From assembly GCA_964355515.1 (NCBI GenBank), contig CAYHDV010000004.1:1-54623 (forward strand): DNA of 54,623 nucleotides, written 5' to 3'. The first letter of the stretch is position 1; each line of letters starts with the position of its first letter. Source of the stretch: an uncultured Candidatus Saccharibacteria bacterium. GTDB taxonomy: Bacteria > Patescibacteriota > Minisyncoccia > Phycocordibacterales > CSBR16-119. Positions 36,354 to 44,036 of this stretch are shown in pieces. The notes beneath the pieces were generated by a model. It saw only the letters and a program-made list of their open reading frames with translations. It did not search any database and was not told the origin of the DNA. The translations under genes and the position numbers were made by a program.

Positions 36354-37403
36354 TCATAAACTAATACCAGTCTTTGCCCGTATATGTTTCTTTAATTTAT
36401 ATCCATTCCCATGACGGAGCATTCCCAGATACGACTGCACGGTTTCATCTTTTTCAGCCAGCTTCACTTTTTTCATCATTCTCCTCTTTGTACTGGTCCG
36501 TAATACGCGGTGGGACGAAAAATGTACCCAACCTAGAAAATCCACGCCCGAAGAATATGTTTTAATAAAAACTTTGCCTGGATGTAATTCAATTCACAAT
36601 TTTTCTAAAAGAAAAATTGCGATTGTGTTTTTTACTTGTTCCAATTCTTCTCTTCTATGTGAAAGAAATACAAAGTCATCCGCATAGCGAATATAGTATT
36701 TCTGTTTTAGTTTGTGTTTTACAAACTGATCAAATTCATTCATATAAATATTAACCAATAATTGTGATGTAAGATTGCCAAGGGGTAGACCTCTCTTTGT
36801 CATTCCGGACTCGATCCGGAATCTTGTGTTAGATCCTGAAACAAGTTCAGGATGACACCCTGCTGACTGGAAACTATCAATAACTTGCCTCAATAGCCAC
36901 AAGACATCATCATCAAAAATATGTTTTGTAAGAATATCTTTCAAAATTGCATGATCAATACTTGCAAAGAACTTCCTAATATCACATTTTAATACCCAGC
37001 ATTGATTTGTATTGTTTTTTGAAACCTTTCGAAAAAAATCCCTAAATCTATCTATTGCCTTGTGGGTACCTTTACCTACTCTGCATGAATATGAATCATA
37101 AATGAACTTTTTGTCAAAATATGGATACAGTACGCGATAGATAGCATGGTGGAGTAATCTATCTCGCACACTGGCTTTATGAATATCGCGTGGCTTTGGG
37201 TCATTTACCTTGAAAGCTTCATATCCACCATGGATGTAGGTTTTGGTTGAAAGGTCGTAATGGAGGGAGAAAATATTGGACATAAGATTTCTTTCAAATT
37301 CTTGAGTGTCTTTTCGTTTTTTCTTGTCACGGATAAATTCTCTCCACGCTTCGAGCAAGTTTTCAACAGAAATGATAGAATGATAACTATGAATAAGCTT
37401 CAT
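36354..37403 (-). CDS. DGR reverse transcriptase; one frame interrupted by an in-frame TGA at 36594-36596 and carrying a 60-nt repeat insertion
   Basis: NDPKPRDIHKASVRDRLLHHA, KCDIRKFFASIDH, LPLGNLTSQLLVNIY (DGR-type [LIV]GxxxSQ) and YIRYADDFV (YxDD), then after the TGA IELHPGKVFIKTYSSGVDFLGW. The two track ORFs 36594..37430 and 36354..36545 share one frame. Confidence 0.85.
36798..36857. repeat. double-hairpin palindromic element inserted in-frame in the RT gene
   Basis: Hairpins ATTCCGGA-CTCGA-TCCGGAAT (36802-36822) and ATCCTGAA-ACAAG-TTCAGGAT (36833-36853), flanked by TGTCAT/ATGACA. The second hairpin recurs at 40613-40633. Confidence 0.75.
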
Positions 37404-37416
37404 ACCAATAAGTCTA

Positions 37417-37426
37417 CCCCCCCCCC
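37417..37426. repeat. C10 homopolymer tract in the divergent RT/avd 5' region
   Basis: Ten consecutive C on the plus strand at 37417-37426. Confidence 0.95.
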
Positions 37427-37470
37427 GCACACTTTTACCAGTTTTACAAAAAGTAAAAGCGTCATATCTC

Positions 37471-37788
37471 TTGTGGTATCAGTATTTTCAAATACTACCC
37501 AAAACGCATCGTCACTCGATCGGTATTAAAATTGACACACTTTTTACAGAACTTATCGAAGCAATTTCTGTTGCAACTTTTTTGGATAAGACAGAAAAAC
37601 AACCTTGGGTTCGTCTTGCAATACGAAAAAATGACACGATAAAAGTCTTTCTTATGATTCTTTGGGAAACGAAATCTCTTGATGATAAAAAATATATTGG
37701 ACTTTCTGAAAAACTTGAAGAAGTTGGAAAAATGCTTGGTGGTTGGAATGGGCAAATTACAAAATCTCTAGAAAAGAAATCTCCATAA
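37471..37788 (+). CDS. avd: DGR accessory protein Avd-like (four-helix bundle), opposite strand to TR, RT and target
   Basis: YQYFQILPKTHRHSIGIKIDTLFTELIEAISVA ... KSLDDKKYIGLSEKLEEVGKMLGGW. The track start is TTG. Conserved-looking N-terminal residues (LPVLQKVKASYL) continue upstream in the same frame with no start codon. Confidence 0.75.
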   Translation: MWYQYFQILPKTHRHSIGIKIDTLFTELIEAISVATFLDKTEKQPWVRLAIRKNDTIKVFLMILWETKSLDDKKYIGLSEKLEEVGKMLGGWNGQITKSLEKKSP

Positions 37789-37794
37789 ACAAAA

Positions 37795-37819
37795 CTCCCT
37801 CGACTATATGTCGAGGGAG
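37795..37819 (-). terminator. 10-bp hairpin just 3' of the TR (minus strand), followed by TTTTGTTT
   Basis: CTCCCTCGAC (37795-37804) / GTCGAGGGAG (37810-37819). On the minus strand the hairpin is followed by TTTTGTTTATGG. Confidence 0.5.
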
Positions 37820-37834
37820 AAATGAAGAGAGTTT

Positions 37835-37962
37835 CGGAGAGAGAAAACGAACCGATTGTTGGCATTCCACTTGTTGTCGGGATTACCCCAGTTGTCGTTC
37901 AGTTCCAGCTCGTCACCATTGGCATTCAGGTTGAACAACCTCGGCTTGCCAGCGGTAGAAAT
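37835..37962 (-). repeat. DGR template repeat (TR)
   Basis: 128 nt colinear with 38329-38456. All 22 mismatches are A in this copy (minus strand). It contains 33 A and 10 AAY codons in the VR frame. Confidence 0.92.
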
Positions 37963-38303
37963 GTGCAAGGTACCATCTGTGCCTCCACCCTTTCATCACA
38001 ATGTAAAGAAATGGGTTGTATAGTATACGATATAATAATATCCCAGCACCTTGCACCAAGTATCTTCATTTTTTGTGAAGTGTCTACATACACAACGCTC
38101 TATGAAACCCTACCTGCGGTAGGCAGGCGTGATCGCATATATTCTGAATGTATGGATACTGGATTCAGGAGCATACAACCTTGATCGTACACATATTCCC
38201 CTACTACCGATTATAGTATACAAAACTATACACAGTTGTAAAACAAACCAAGGTCAAAGTTCAAAGTGACAAAAGAGAATAAAGTGTCTCATTTCAAAGC
38301 ACT

Positions 38304-38325
38304 ACCTGCCTACCGTTAGGCAGGT
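38304..38325 (-). promoter_or_regulatory. hairpin/cruciform just 3' of the VR (candidate DGR target-recognition element)
   Basis: 9-bp stem ACCTGCCTA / TAGGCAGGT with a 4-nt loop. It starts 3 nt past the VR end and contains the target gene's TAA stop. Confidence 0.6.
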
Positions 38326-40460
38326 TTGCGGAGAGAGAAAACGAACCGAATGTAGGCATCCCACTCGTAGGCGGGACCACCCCAGTCGCCGAACAGTCCC
38401 AGCCCGCCACCACCGGCACTCAGGCCGAACAACCTCGGCTCGCCAGCGGCAGAAATTGGTTTCATATGCATGACTCTCCATGAAGTATCGGTATCAGATA
38501 TTCGTTTTGTTGGGGCAAAATCATGAGGCACCACATCGAGATTGTATTCTTGTGCCTTGTCCATAATTTGTTGGTATGTCGCACCATTTGGGAAACCAAG
38601 GTCTGCAACCGATATGGTAACATTGTTGATTTCTGTCCCTACAGGAGAAGTTCCAAATTCATGAGAGTTGAGCATTTCCTTTGTATTTCCGTATAAATTT
38701 ATGCCACTCTCAATGAGAAGTTTCTCAAGTTCGGGACCTGTTTTACCACCGACGATTGTTTTTTCTTTGTGTATAAGACCCTCAGGAAAACTTGTTGCAA
38801 CATGTTCCAATTGAGATAGTTTGAAAACATCTTTGAAAAGTGGTCCCACATAGACTTTGGTATTTTCATTTACCTGATCTGGAGTACGCGCAAGTTGATC
38901 GGGTCTACAATCAAATACCACATACATATCATACTCTGTATTTCGCTTTTCTCTGACTTCTTTGACGCGAGGATCTGGATCATAGCCAAAGCTTTCAATT
39001 TTGCGATCGATTTCATATAAAAATATCAATTCATCTTTACTCAGTTGTGGATCAAGGTAAATTTTTTCTTTTGTTTCTTTGTCTATACGAAATGACTTTG
39101 TATATATTTCGGTCATGAGTCGCATGTCATGGTCAGCTCGTTCATATTTTTCAGCACCGGGGAGGTCTTGATATTTTTCTTTTGCAATATCAACTAATTC
39201 TGGTTCCAATGCTTGTCTAGTGTTAACTCCGCGGATTTCTCCAATTTTGACATCTTCCATACGAATAGCAACACGCGGTTCAGTATTGATACCATCTTTG
39301 TTTTTTGTGTAATACACATAAAAATCACCTTTTTCAATTTGTCCTTTTGCAGATCCTTCAGCAGTACACCAACCTGTTCCTTTTCCCTGAAGGGATTTCT
39401 CAAGCACCGTATAATCGCTTCCCTGTTCGTATTTTACCCATTCTCCTTCGATAGATTCACGGTTCAATGCACCTGCGGTTTCTACCTGCGCAAATGCATA
39501 GAGTTTAGCAAAATCTGTTGTATGAAGTCTATGCTCAAATTCTTTTCCTAAATCCCCTTTTCGAGATTCTTCCAATGGATATTCGTTGATGAAATCCTGT
39601 GTCAATTCATTTTTATGTGTTTGCAGATATTCACTTCGTCTTTTATTACGAAGATTTTTTAATGCACCTTGGCGAGCAAGTTCAAAGAACTCTGGTTTTG
39701 CTTTTTCTTTGATTTTTTGTTCGGTTTCTGAGTCAAGAATAGTGTTTTGGACAATTTCATTTTCCACATCTTCTGGAATAGTTATAGCATCAATGTCCAT
39801 TTGCAATTCCAAAGATTTTCGTACGAATCCGAGTGATTCTGAATTAAGTTCCGGAAATGGAGCAATAGTGTCTGTAGTTCGTGCAGAATATGAAGGACCT
39901 TTGATGATAATAGGATTACCTTCTTTGTCTTTTCCATTTGCTTCAACATCGTGTCGATTAAATTGCCCCATTTCTTTGAGTCCACGTATGGTGTAATATT
40001 TAAACCACATAGGATAGTCATTTGACGTACGCAAATAGTGTAGCCATGATGATAGAGTTTGTTTTTGAATTTCGTATTTTTCTTTGATTGCATTTTCGTA
40101 TTTTACAAGAATTTCCGTATGAGAAAGTTTTATATTTTCGACTTCGGCTCCATGACCACGCTGGATTGCAATTCTTTTTTCTGATTCATACAGATCTTTG
40201 GCAAGTTTCATGACTAATTCCTTGTCATGCATATCAAGTACAAAATCTTTGACAATCATGCGTTCTAGCAAGTCTGCGCCGGTTCCCAAAACACGCCCAT
40301 CTTTGTCTTTTCGTTCTGTATTCATAACACGCTCGATACGGTCAAGATATGCCTGAACAGGCGAAATATCCTCTTTCTTTTCAAGAGTTTTTGCGCGAGA
40401 GACCTGCTTACTGTCTTCGAGGGTTTGATATTTATTATGGAGAAATTCTGGACCGTTCAT
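38316..40460 (-). CDS. DGR target protein (714 aa) with a C-terminal variable region; N-terminal ~670 aa unassigned
   Basis: Long intact ORF whose last 43 codons are the VR (ISAAGEPRLFGLSAGGGGLGLFGDWGGPAYEWDAYIRFVFSLR). No signal peptide or TM helix seen. Confidence 0.85.
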   Translation of the reverse strand: MNGPEFLHNKYQTLEDSKQVSRAKTLEKKEDISPVQAYLDRIERVMNTERKDKDGRVLGTGADLLERMIVKDFVLDMHDKELVMKLAKDLYESEKRIAIQRGHGAEVENIKLSHTEILVKYENAIKEKYEIQKQTLSSWLHYLRTSNDYPMWFKYYTIRGLKEMGQFNRHDVEANGKDKEGNPIIIKGPSYSARTTDTIAPFPELNSESLGFVRKSLELQMDIDAITIPEDVENEIVQNTILDSETEQKIKEKAKPEFFELARQGALKNLRNKRRSEYLQTHKNELTQDFINEYPLEESRKGDLGKEFEHRLHTTDFAKLYAFAQVETAGALNRESIEGEWVKYEQGSDYTVLEKSLQGKGTGWCTAEGSAKGQIEKGDFYVYYTKNKDGINTEPRVAIRMEDVKIGEIRGVNTRQALEPELVDIAKEKYQDLPGAEKYERADHDMRLMTEIYTKSFRIDKETKEKIYLDPQLSKDELIFLYEIDRKIESFGYDPDPRVKEVREKRNTEYDMYVVFDCRPDQLARTPDQVNENTKVYVGPLFKDVFKLSQLEHVATSFPEGLIHKEKTIVGGKTGPELEKLLIESGINLYGNTKEMLNSHEFGTSPVGTEINNVTISVADLGFPNGATYQQIMDKAQEYNLDVVPHDFAPTKRISDTDTSWRVMHMKPISAAGEPRLFGLSAGGGGLGLFGDWGGPAYEWDAYIRFVFSLRKPA
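38329..38456 (-). repeat. DGR variable repeat (VR)
   Basis: See the TR entry. Substitutions relative to TR adenines: 16 to G, 5 to T, 1 to C. Confidence 0.92.
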
Positions 40461-40553
40461 ATTTATGTACTTATACTATACCACATCCTTTATAAAAAAT
40501 CTTATTTTACAGATAGGATATACAGAGGAATTTCCTCCGTTTTTTCTTGGTCT

Positions 40554-40638
40554 GGATTGCTTCGTGCCTCGCAAAGACGAAGTTTAAGTGGAGTGATTGT
40601 ATGACATCAGAGATCCTGAATTAAATTCAGGATGACAA
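40554..40638. repeat. 25-nt dispersed repeat copy plus ATCCTGAA/TTCAGGAT hairpin, upstream of the DGR target gene
   Basis: GGATTGCTTCGTGCCTCGCAAAGAC at 40554-40578; hairpin at 40613-40633 followed by GACA. Confidence 0.8.
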
Positions 40639-40661
40639 ATTCTAGAGTTTTGTAATAACTC

Positions 40662-40689
40662 AAAAGTGGCGCCGTAAGGCGCCACTTTC
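40662..40689 (-). terminator. terminator after typA
   Basis: AAAGTGGCGCC / GGCGCCACTTT with loop GTAA. Confidence 0.7.
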
Positions 40690-40712
40690 TCTATTTTTAT
40701 TCTAATTCCCCT

Positions 40713-42503
40713 CTACCTTGTCTTTTCAGCCTTTTTTCTATCAGCTTCATTCAGATATTGCTTTCGAAGTCGTACAGCGTCAGGGGTCACTTCCAAATAT
40801 TCATCTTCTCTCATCATACCAATTGCTCTCTCAAGAGAAAGATCAAATGGTGGAATAATTTTGATTTGCTCGTCTGTACCAGAAGCTCGCATGTTTGTAA
40901 GTTGCTTTCCTTTTGTAGGATTCACGTACATGTCTTCTCCTTTTACAGTATATCCAATCACCATTCCTTCATACACTTCTGTGTTTTGAGAAATATATAG
41001 AACTCCTCTATCTTGCAAGTTTGCGATAGAGAACCCGAGGGCCTTTCCTGCCGCCATGGAAACCATAGAACCGTATTCTGTTTTTCGAATCTCTCCAGAA
41101 TACGCACCGAAGCCAGAAAAGATTGTTGTAAGAATTCCCTCTCCTTTTGTATCAATCACGAATTCATTTCGATAACCCAAAAGTCCTCGAGTAGGAATCT
41201 TGAACACAAGTCGTGTCTGCCCGTCTTTTGTTTCCATAAACTCCATCACCCCTTTTCTCATTCCGAGTTTTTCTATTACGATTCCAGAAGATACCTCTGG
41301 CACAAGCACAGTCACTTCTTCGAAGGGTTCACTCTTCACACCATCTATTTCTTTGATAATTACCTTTGGAGATGATACTGCAAGCTCAAATCCTTCTCGA
41401 CGCATGTTCTCGATAAGTACAGCCAAGTGAAGTTCTCCACGGCCAAATACTTGGAATTTTGCCTGATCACCAAAATCAATTCGAAGTCCAACGTTTATTT
41501 CAAGCTCTTTTTCAAGACGCTCTCTGATTTGTCTTGAGGTAAGTAGTTTCCCCACTTTTCCTGCAAAAGGTGAGTCATTGATAAACATATAAAAAGAGAT
41601 TGTAGGCTCATCAATTGCGATAGCTGGCATAGCCACACCATCTTGAGTAGTAAGAAGTGTTTGTCCAATAAAGATCTCAGGAATTCCCGCAATCATGACA
41701 ATGTCTCCTGCTGATGCTTCGGAGACCTCCACCCTTTTCATGCCTTCAAAAGAAAACAGTTTTGAAATTTTACCAGTGAAAACTTCTCCTTCAGCATTTT
41801 TAATATGCACCACTTGTCCGTTCTTCAAAACACCTTCGTATATTCGGCACACGCCCATTCTCCCTAGGAAGTTATCATAGGCGAGGTTAAATACTTGAGC
41901 TTTTAAAGCTTTTGCAATGTTTTCTGGAGTTGAAACAGGCTGAACTTCTTTTAGTACGAGGTCTAGAATAGGGTCTAGGTTCACCATCTTTTCGTCAGGA
42001 GTTAGTCCTGCAACACCCTCTCTACCAATAGCGTATACAGTCTTGAAATCAAGTTGTTCTTCTGTAGCTCCAAGCTCAAAGAAAAGTTCAAAAACAGCAT
42101 CATGGGCCCACTTTACATCGGCGGCTGGTTTGTCGATTTTGTTCAACACAAGGATTGGTTTCAACCCAAGCTCTAGGGACTTTTTCAAAACGAATTTTGT
42201 TTGAGGCATTGGACCTTCGGCAGCGTCCACAATAAGGAGCACAGAGTCAACAGACCGGAGTACTCGCTCTACTTCAGACCCAAAGTCTGCATGGCCTGGA
42301 GTATCTAGAATATTGATTTTTGTTCCTTTGTAATTTACGGAAGTATTTTTAGCGTAAATTGTAATTCCTCGCTCTTTTTCCAAGTCGTTTGAGTCCATAG
42401 ACACTCCCTTTTCTACCATTCCTGTTTGCGTCAAAAAAGCATCGGTAAGAGTGGTCTTTCCGTGGTCAACGTGAGCAATAATTGCAATATTTCTGATTTC
42501 CAT
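40713..42503 (-). CDS. typA: translational GTPase TypA/BipA
   Basis: [39 protein letters not shown]. 596 aa with an EF-G-like domain order. Confidence 0.96.
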   Translation of the reverse strand: MEIRNIAIIAHVDHGKTTLTDAFLTQTGMVEKGVSMDSNDLEKERGITIYAKNTSVNYKGTKINILDTPGHADFGSEVERVLRSVDSVLLIVDAAEGPMPQTKFVLKKSLELGLKPILVLNKIDKPAADVKWAHDAVFELFFELGATEEQLDFKTVYAIGREGVAGLTPDEKMVNLDPILDLVLKEVQPVSTPENIAKALKAQVFNLAYDNFLGRMGVCRIYEGVLKNGQVVHIKNAEGEVFTGKISKLFSFEGMKRVEVSEASAGDIVMIAGIPEIFIGQTLLTTQDGVAMPAIAIDEPTISFYMFINDSPFAGKVGKLLTSRQIRERLEKELEINVGLRIDFGDQAKFQVFGRGELHLAVLIENMRREGFELAVSSPKVIIKEIDGVKSEPFEEVTVLVPEVSSGIVIEKLGMRKGVMEFMETKDGQTRLVFKIPTRGLLGYRNEFVIDTKGEGILTTIFSGFGAYSGEIRKTEYGSMVSMAAGKALGFSIANLQDRGVLYISQNTEVYEGMVIGYTVKGEDMYVNPTKGKQLTNMRASGTDEQIKIIPPFDLSLERAIGMMREDEYLEVTPDAVRLRKQYLNEADRKKAEKTR

Positions 42504-42653
42504 AAATTAACTTAAAGATTCATTGATAAACTGATATAAAAATGCCCGCCGAGGGCATCTAATTCATTGATATGAGAATACCATAACTCCTTAAAAAAGA
42601 CTAGGGGGCGGTTGCTTTTAGAGAAAAATAAAAATTGTCAAATAAAATAGAAT

Positions 42654-42887
42654 ATGGTATTGTACGATAAAAGAAAGATCAACATGCTCACAATAAAAAG
42701 AGACGGGAAACGGATCACCCCAGTACGGCAAATCCTCGAAAAAATAAAAGCCGAGGGACGCCTCCTAAAAGACGATGGTTTCCTAGGTGAAAGTATCGAG
42801 AGAGCAAGAAAAAATCTCCATAAATTTCAAATGGAGAACCGTTTTCGAATGATAGGCAGAGGCCCATTGGTCCGTGCAAACAGATAA
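42654..42887 (+). CDS. hypothetical small basic protein
   Basis: 77-aa ORF (alternative ATG giving MLTIKRDGKR). A terminator follows. Confidence 0.45.
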   Translation: MVLYDKRKINMLTIKRDGKRITPVRQILEKIKAEGRLLKDDGFLGESIERARKNLHKFQMENRFRMIGRGPLVRANR

Positions 42888-42921
42888 TAAAAAAGCTTGG
42901 AATCTTCCAAGCTTTTTTTTA
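42888..42921. terminator. bidirectional terminator
   Basis: AAAAAGCTTGGA / TCCAAGCTTTTT with loop ATCT. Confidence 0.8.
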
Positions 42922-42923
42922 TT

Positions 42924-43121
42924 TTACAACCCTTCTATCTCTTCCAAATTCCCATCAGGAATATACAAAAGTATAAGTCCGATAATTACCCCGCCAATTG
43001 CCGTCCACAGATGACTTCCTCCCCAAAAAAGTATATCCAACTGGTCAAGAATATACCAAACACCTCTCCATACAAGTACGATCCCCACAGCTGTAATTAT
43101 TGTTTTTATAAATTTTTTCAT
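42924..43121 (-). CDS. hypothetical two-TM small membrane protein
   Basis: 65 aa with IITAVGIVLVWRGVWYIL and WTAIGGVIIGLILLYI. Confidence 0.6.
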   Translation of the reverse strand: MKKFIKTIITAVGIVLVWRGVWYILDQLDILFWGGSHLWTAIGGVIIGLILLYIPDGNLEEIEGL

Positions 43122-43161
43122 AATTTCTAATGAGAACTAATGCTTACCGAGAGTTCTTATA

Positions 43162-44034
43162 TTATATTTGATTTCTAAGTCTTTTAATCCGCTCTTCTAC
43201 CGGAGGATGCGTTGAAAACATTTGTTTTGCTTTTCCAAAAGGATTTGCAATAAACAAGTGTGCAGTGGCGTTGCTAGCCTTTTTCATTTTCCCGCTATGG
43301 GCAGAGATTTTCTCGAGGGCACTGGCAAGCCCTTCGGGGTATCTGGTCAAGAGAGATCCACTGGCATCCGCCAAGTATTCTCTCTTTCTAGAAACCGCCA
43401 TTTGAATCAGCGCTCCAATAATTGGCGAGAGAACCAAGAGGACAATTCCAATTACCATCAATGCTCCCCCGCCCTTGTTGTCACGATCTCGTCCACCACC
43501 AAACATCATACTTCGCAAAAACATATCAGACACCAATGCCAAAAATCCAACGAGAACAACAACAACCGTCATCACTAAAATATCCCTGTTACCAATATGC
43601 GACATCTCGTGAGCTATTACTCCTTCGAGTTCATTCTTTTCCAGAATAGCGAGCAGTCCTGTTGTCACGGCAATAGCTGAGTGCTTGGGATCACGCCCTG
43701 TTGCAAAGGCATTTGGCACAGAGTCCTGTATCACATACACGCGAGGTTTGGGCAGACCAGCGGTGATAGCCAAGTTTTCTACCGAGTTATATAAATCAAA
43801 GTATTCTTCTCTTGTCGCTTCTTTGGCACCTGTTGCCGAAAGCGCTATTTTATCTGAATACCAATAGCTGACCACCGCTTGCACCGTGGCGATAGTAACC
43901 GCAATGTAGAGAATCTCTGGCGCACCATAGTAATACGACAATACGTATCCAATCCCCACAACCACCACCAAAAACACGGTCATAAGAAGCCATGTTTTGC
44001 GAATATTAGAAGCTTGGTGAGTGTAGAGGGTCAT
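43162..44034 (-). CDS. htpX: zinc metalloprotease HtpX (peptidase M48)
   Basis: HEMSHIGNRD zinc motif, 4 TM segments and a C-terminal STHPPVEERI. Confidence 0.93.
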   Translation of the reverse strand: MTLYTHQASNIRKTWLLMTVFLVVVVGIGYVLSYYYGAPEILYIAVTIATVQAVVSYWYSDKIALSATGAKEATREEYFDLYNSVENLAITAGLPKPRVYVIQDSVPNAFATGRDPKHSAIAVTTGLLAILEKNELEGVIAHEMSHIGNRDILVMTVVVVLVGFLALVSDMFLRSMMFGGGRDRDNKGGGALMVIGIVLLVLSPIIGALIQMAVSRKREYLADASGSLLTRYPEGLASALEKISAHSGKMKKASNATAHLFIANPFGKAKQMFSTHPPVEERIKRLRNQI

Positions 44035-44036
44035 AA

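Noticed and set aside
36594-36596. Reassigned genetic code (UGA read as Gly or Trp) to explain the in-frame TGA in the RT
   Set aside because: Many long genes (gyrB, smc, the helicase, typA) have no internal TGA. TGA also ends the genes at 8215, 17853, 45949 and 49410, with terminator hairpins or the next gene's start close behind. The standard code fits the window.
36354-37430. Reverse transcriptase as part of a group II intron or retron
   Set aside because: There are no group II RNA features around it (no GUGYG 5' end, no domain V/VI) and no maturase or endonuclease domains. It carries the DGR-type LGNLTSQ motif, and a TR/VR pair with adenine-only mismatches lies beside it.
37822-38184. 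120-aa plus-strand ORF overlapping the TR
   Set aside because: It is antisense to the template repeat and its frame is an artefact of the T-rich complement. It has no start context and no family resemblance.
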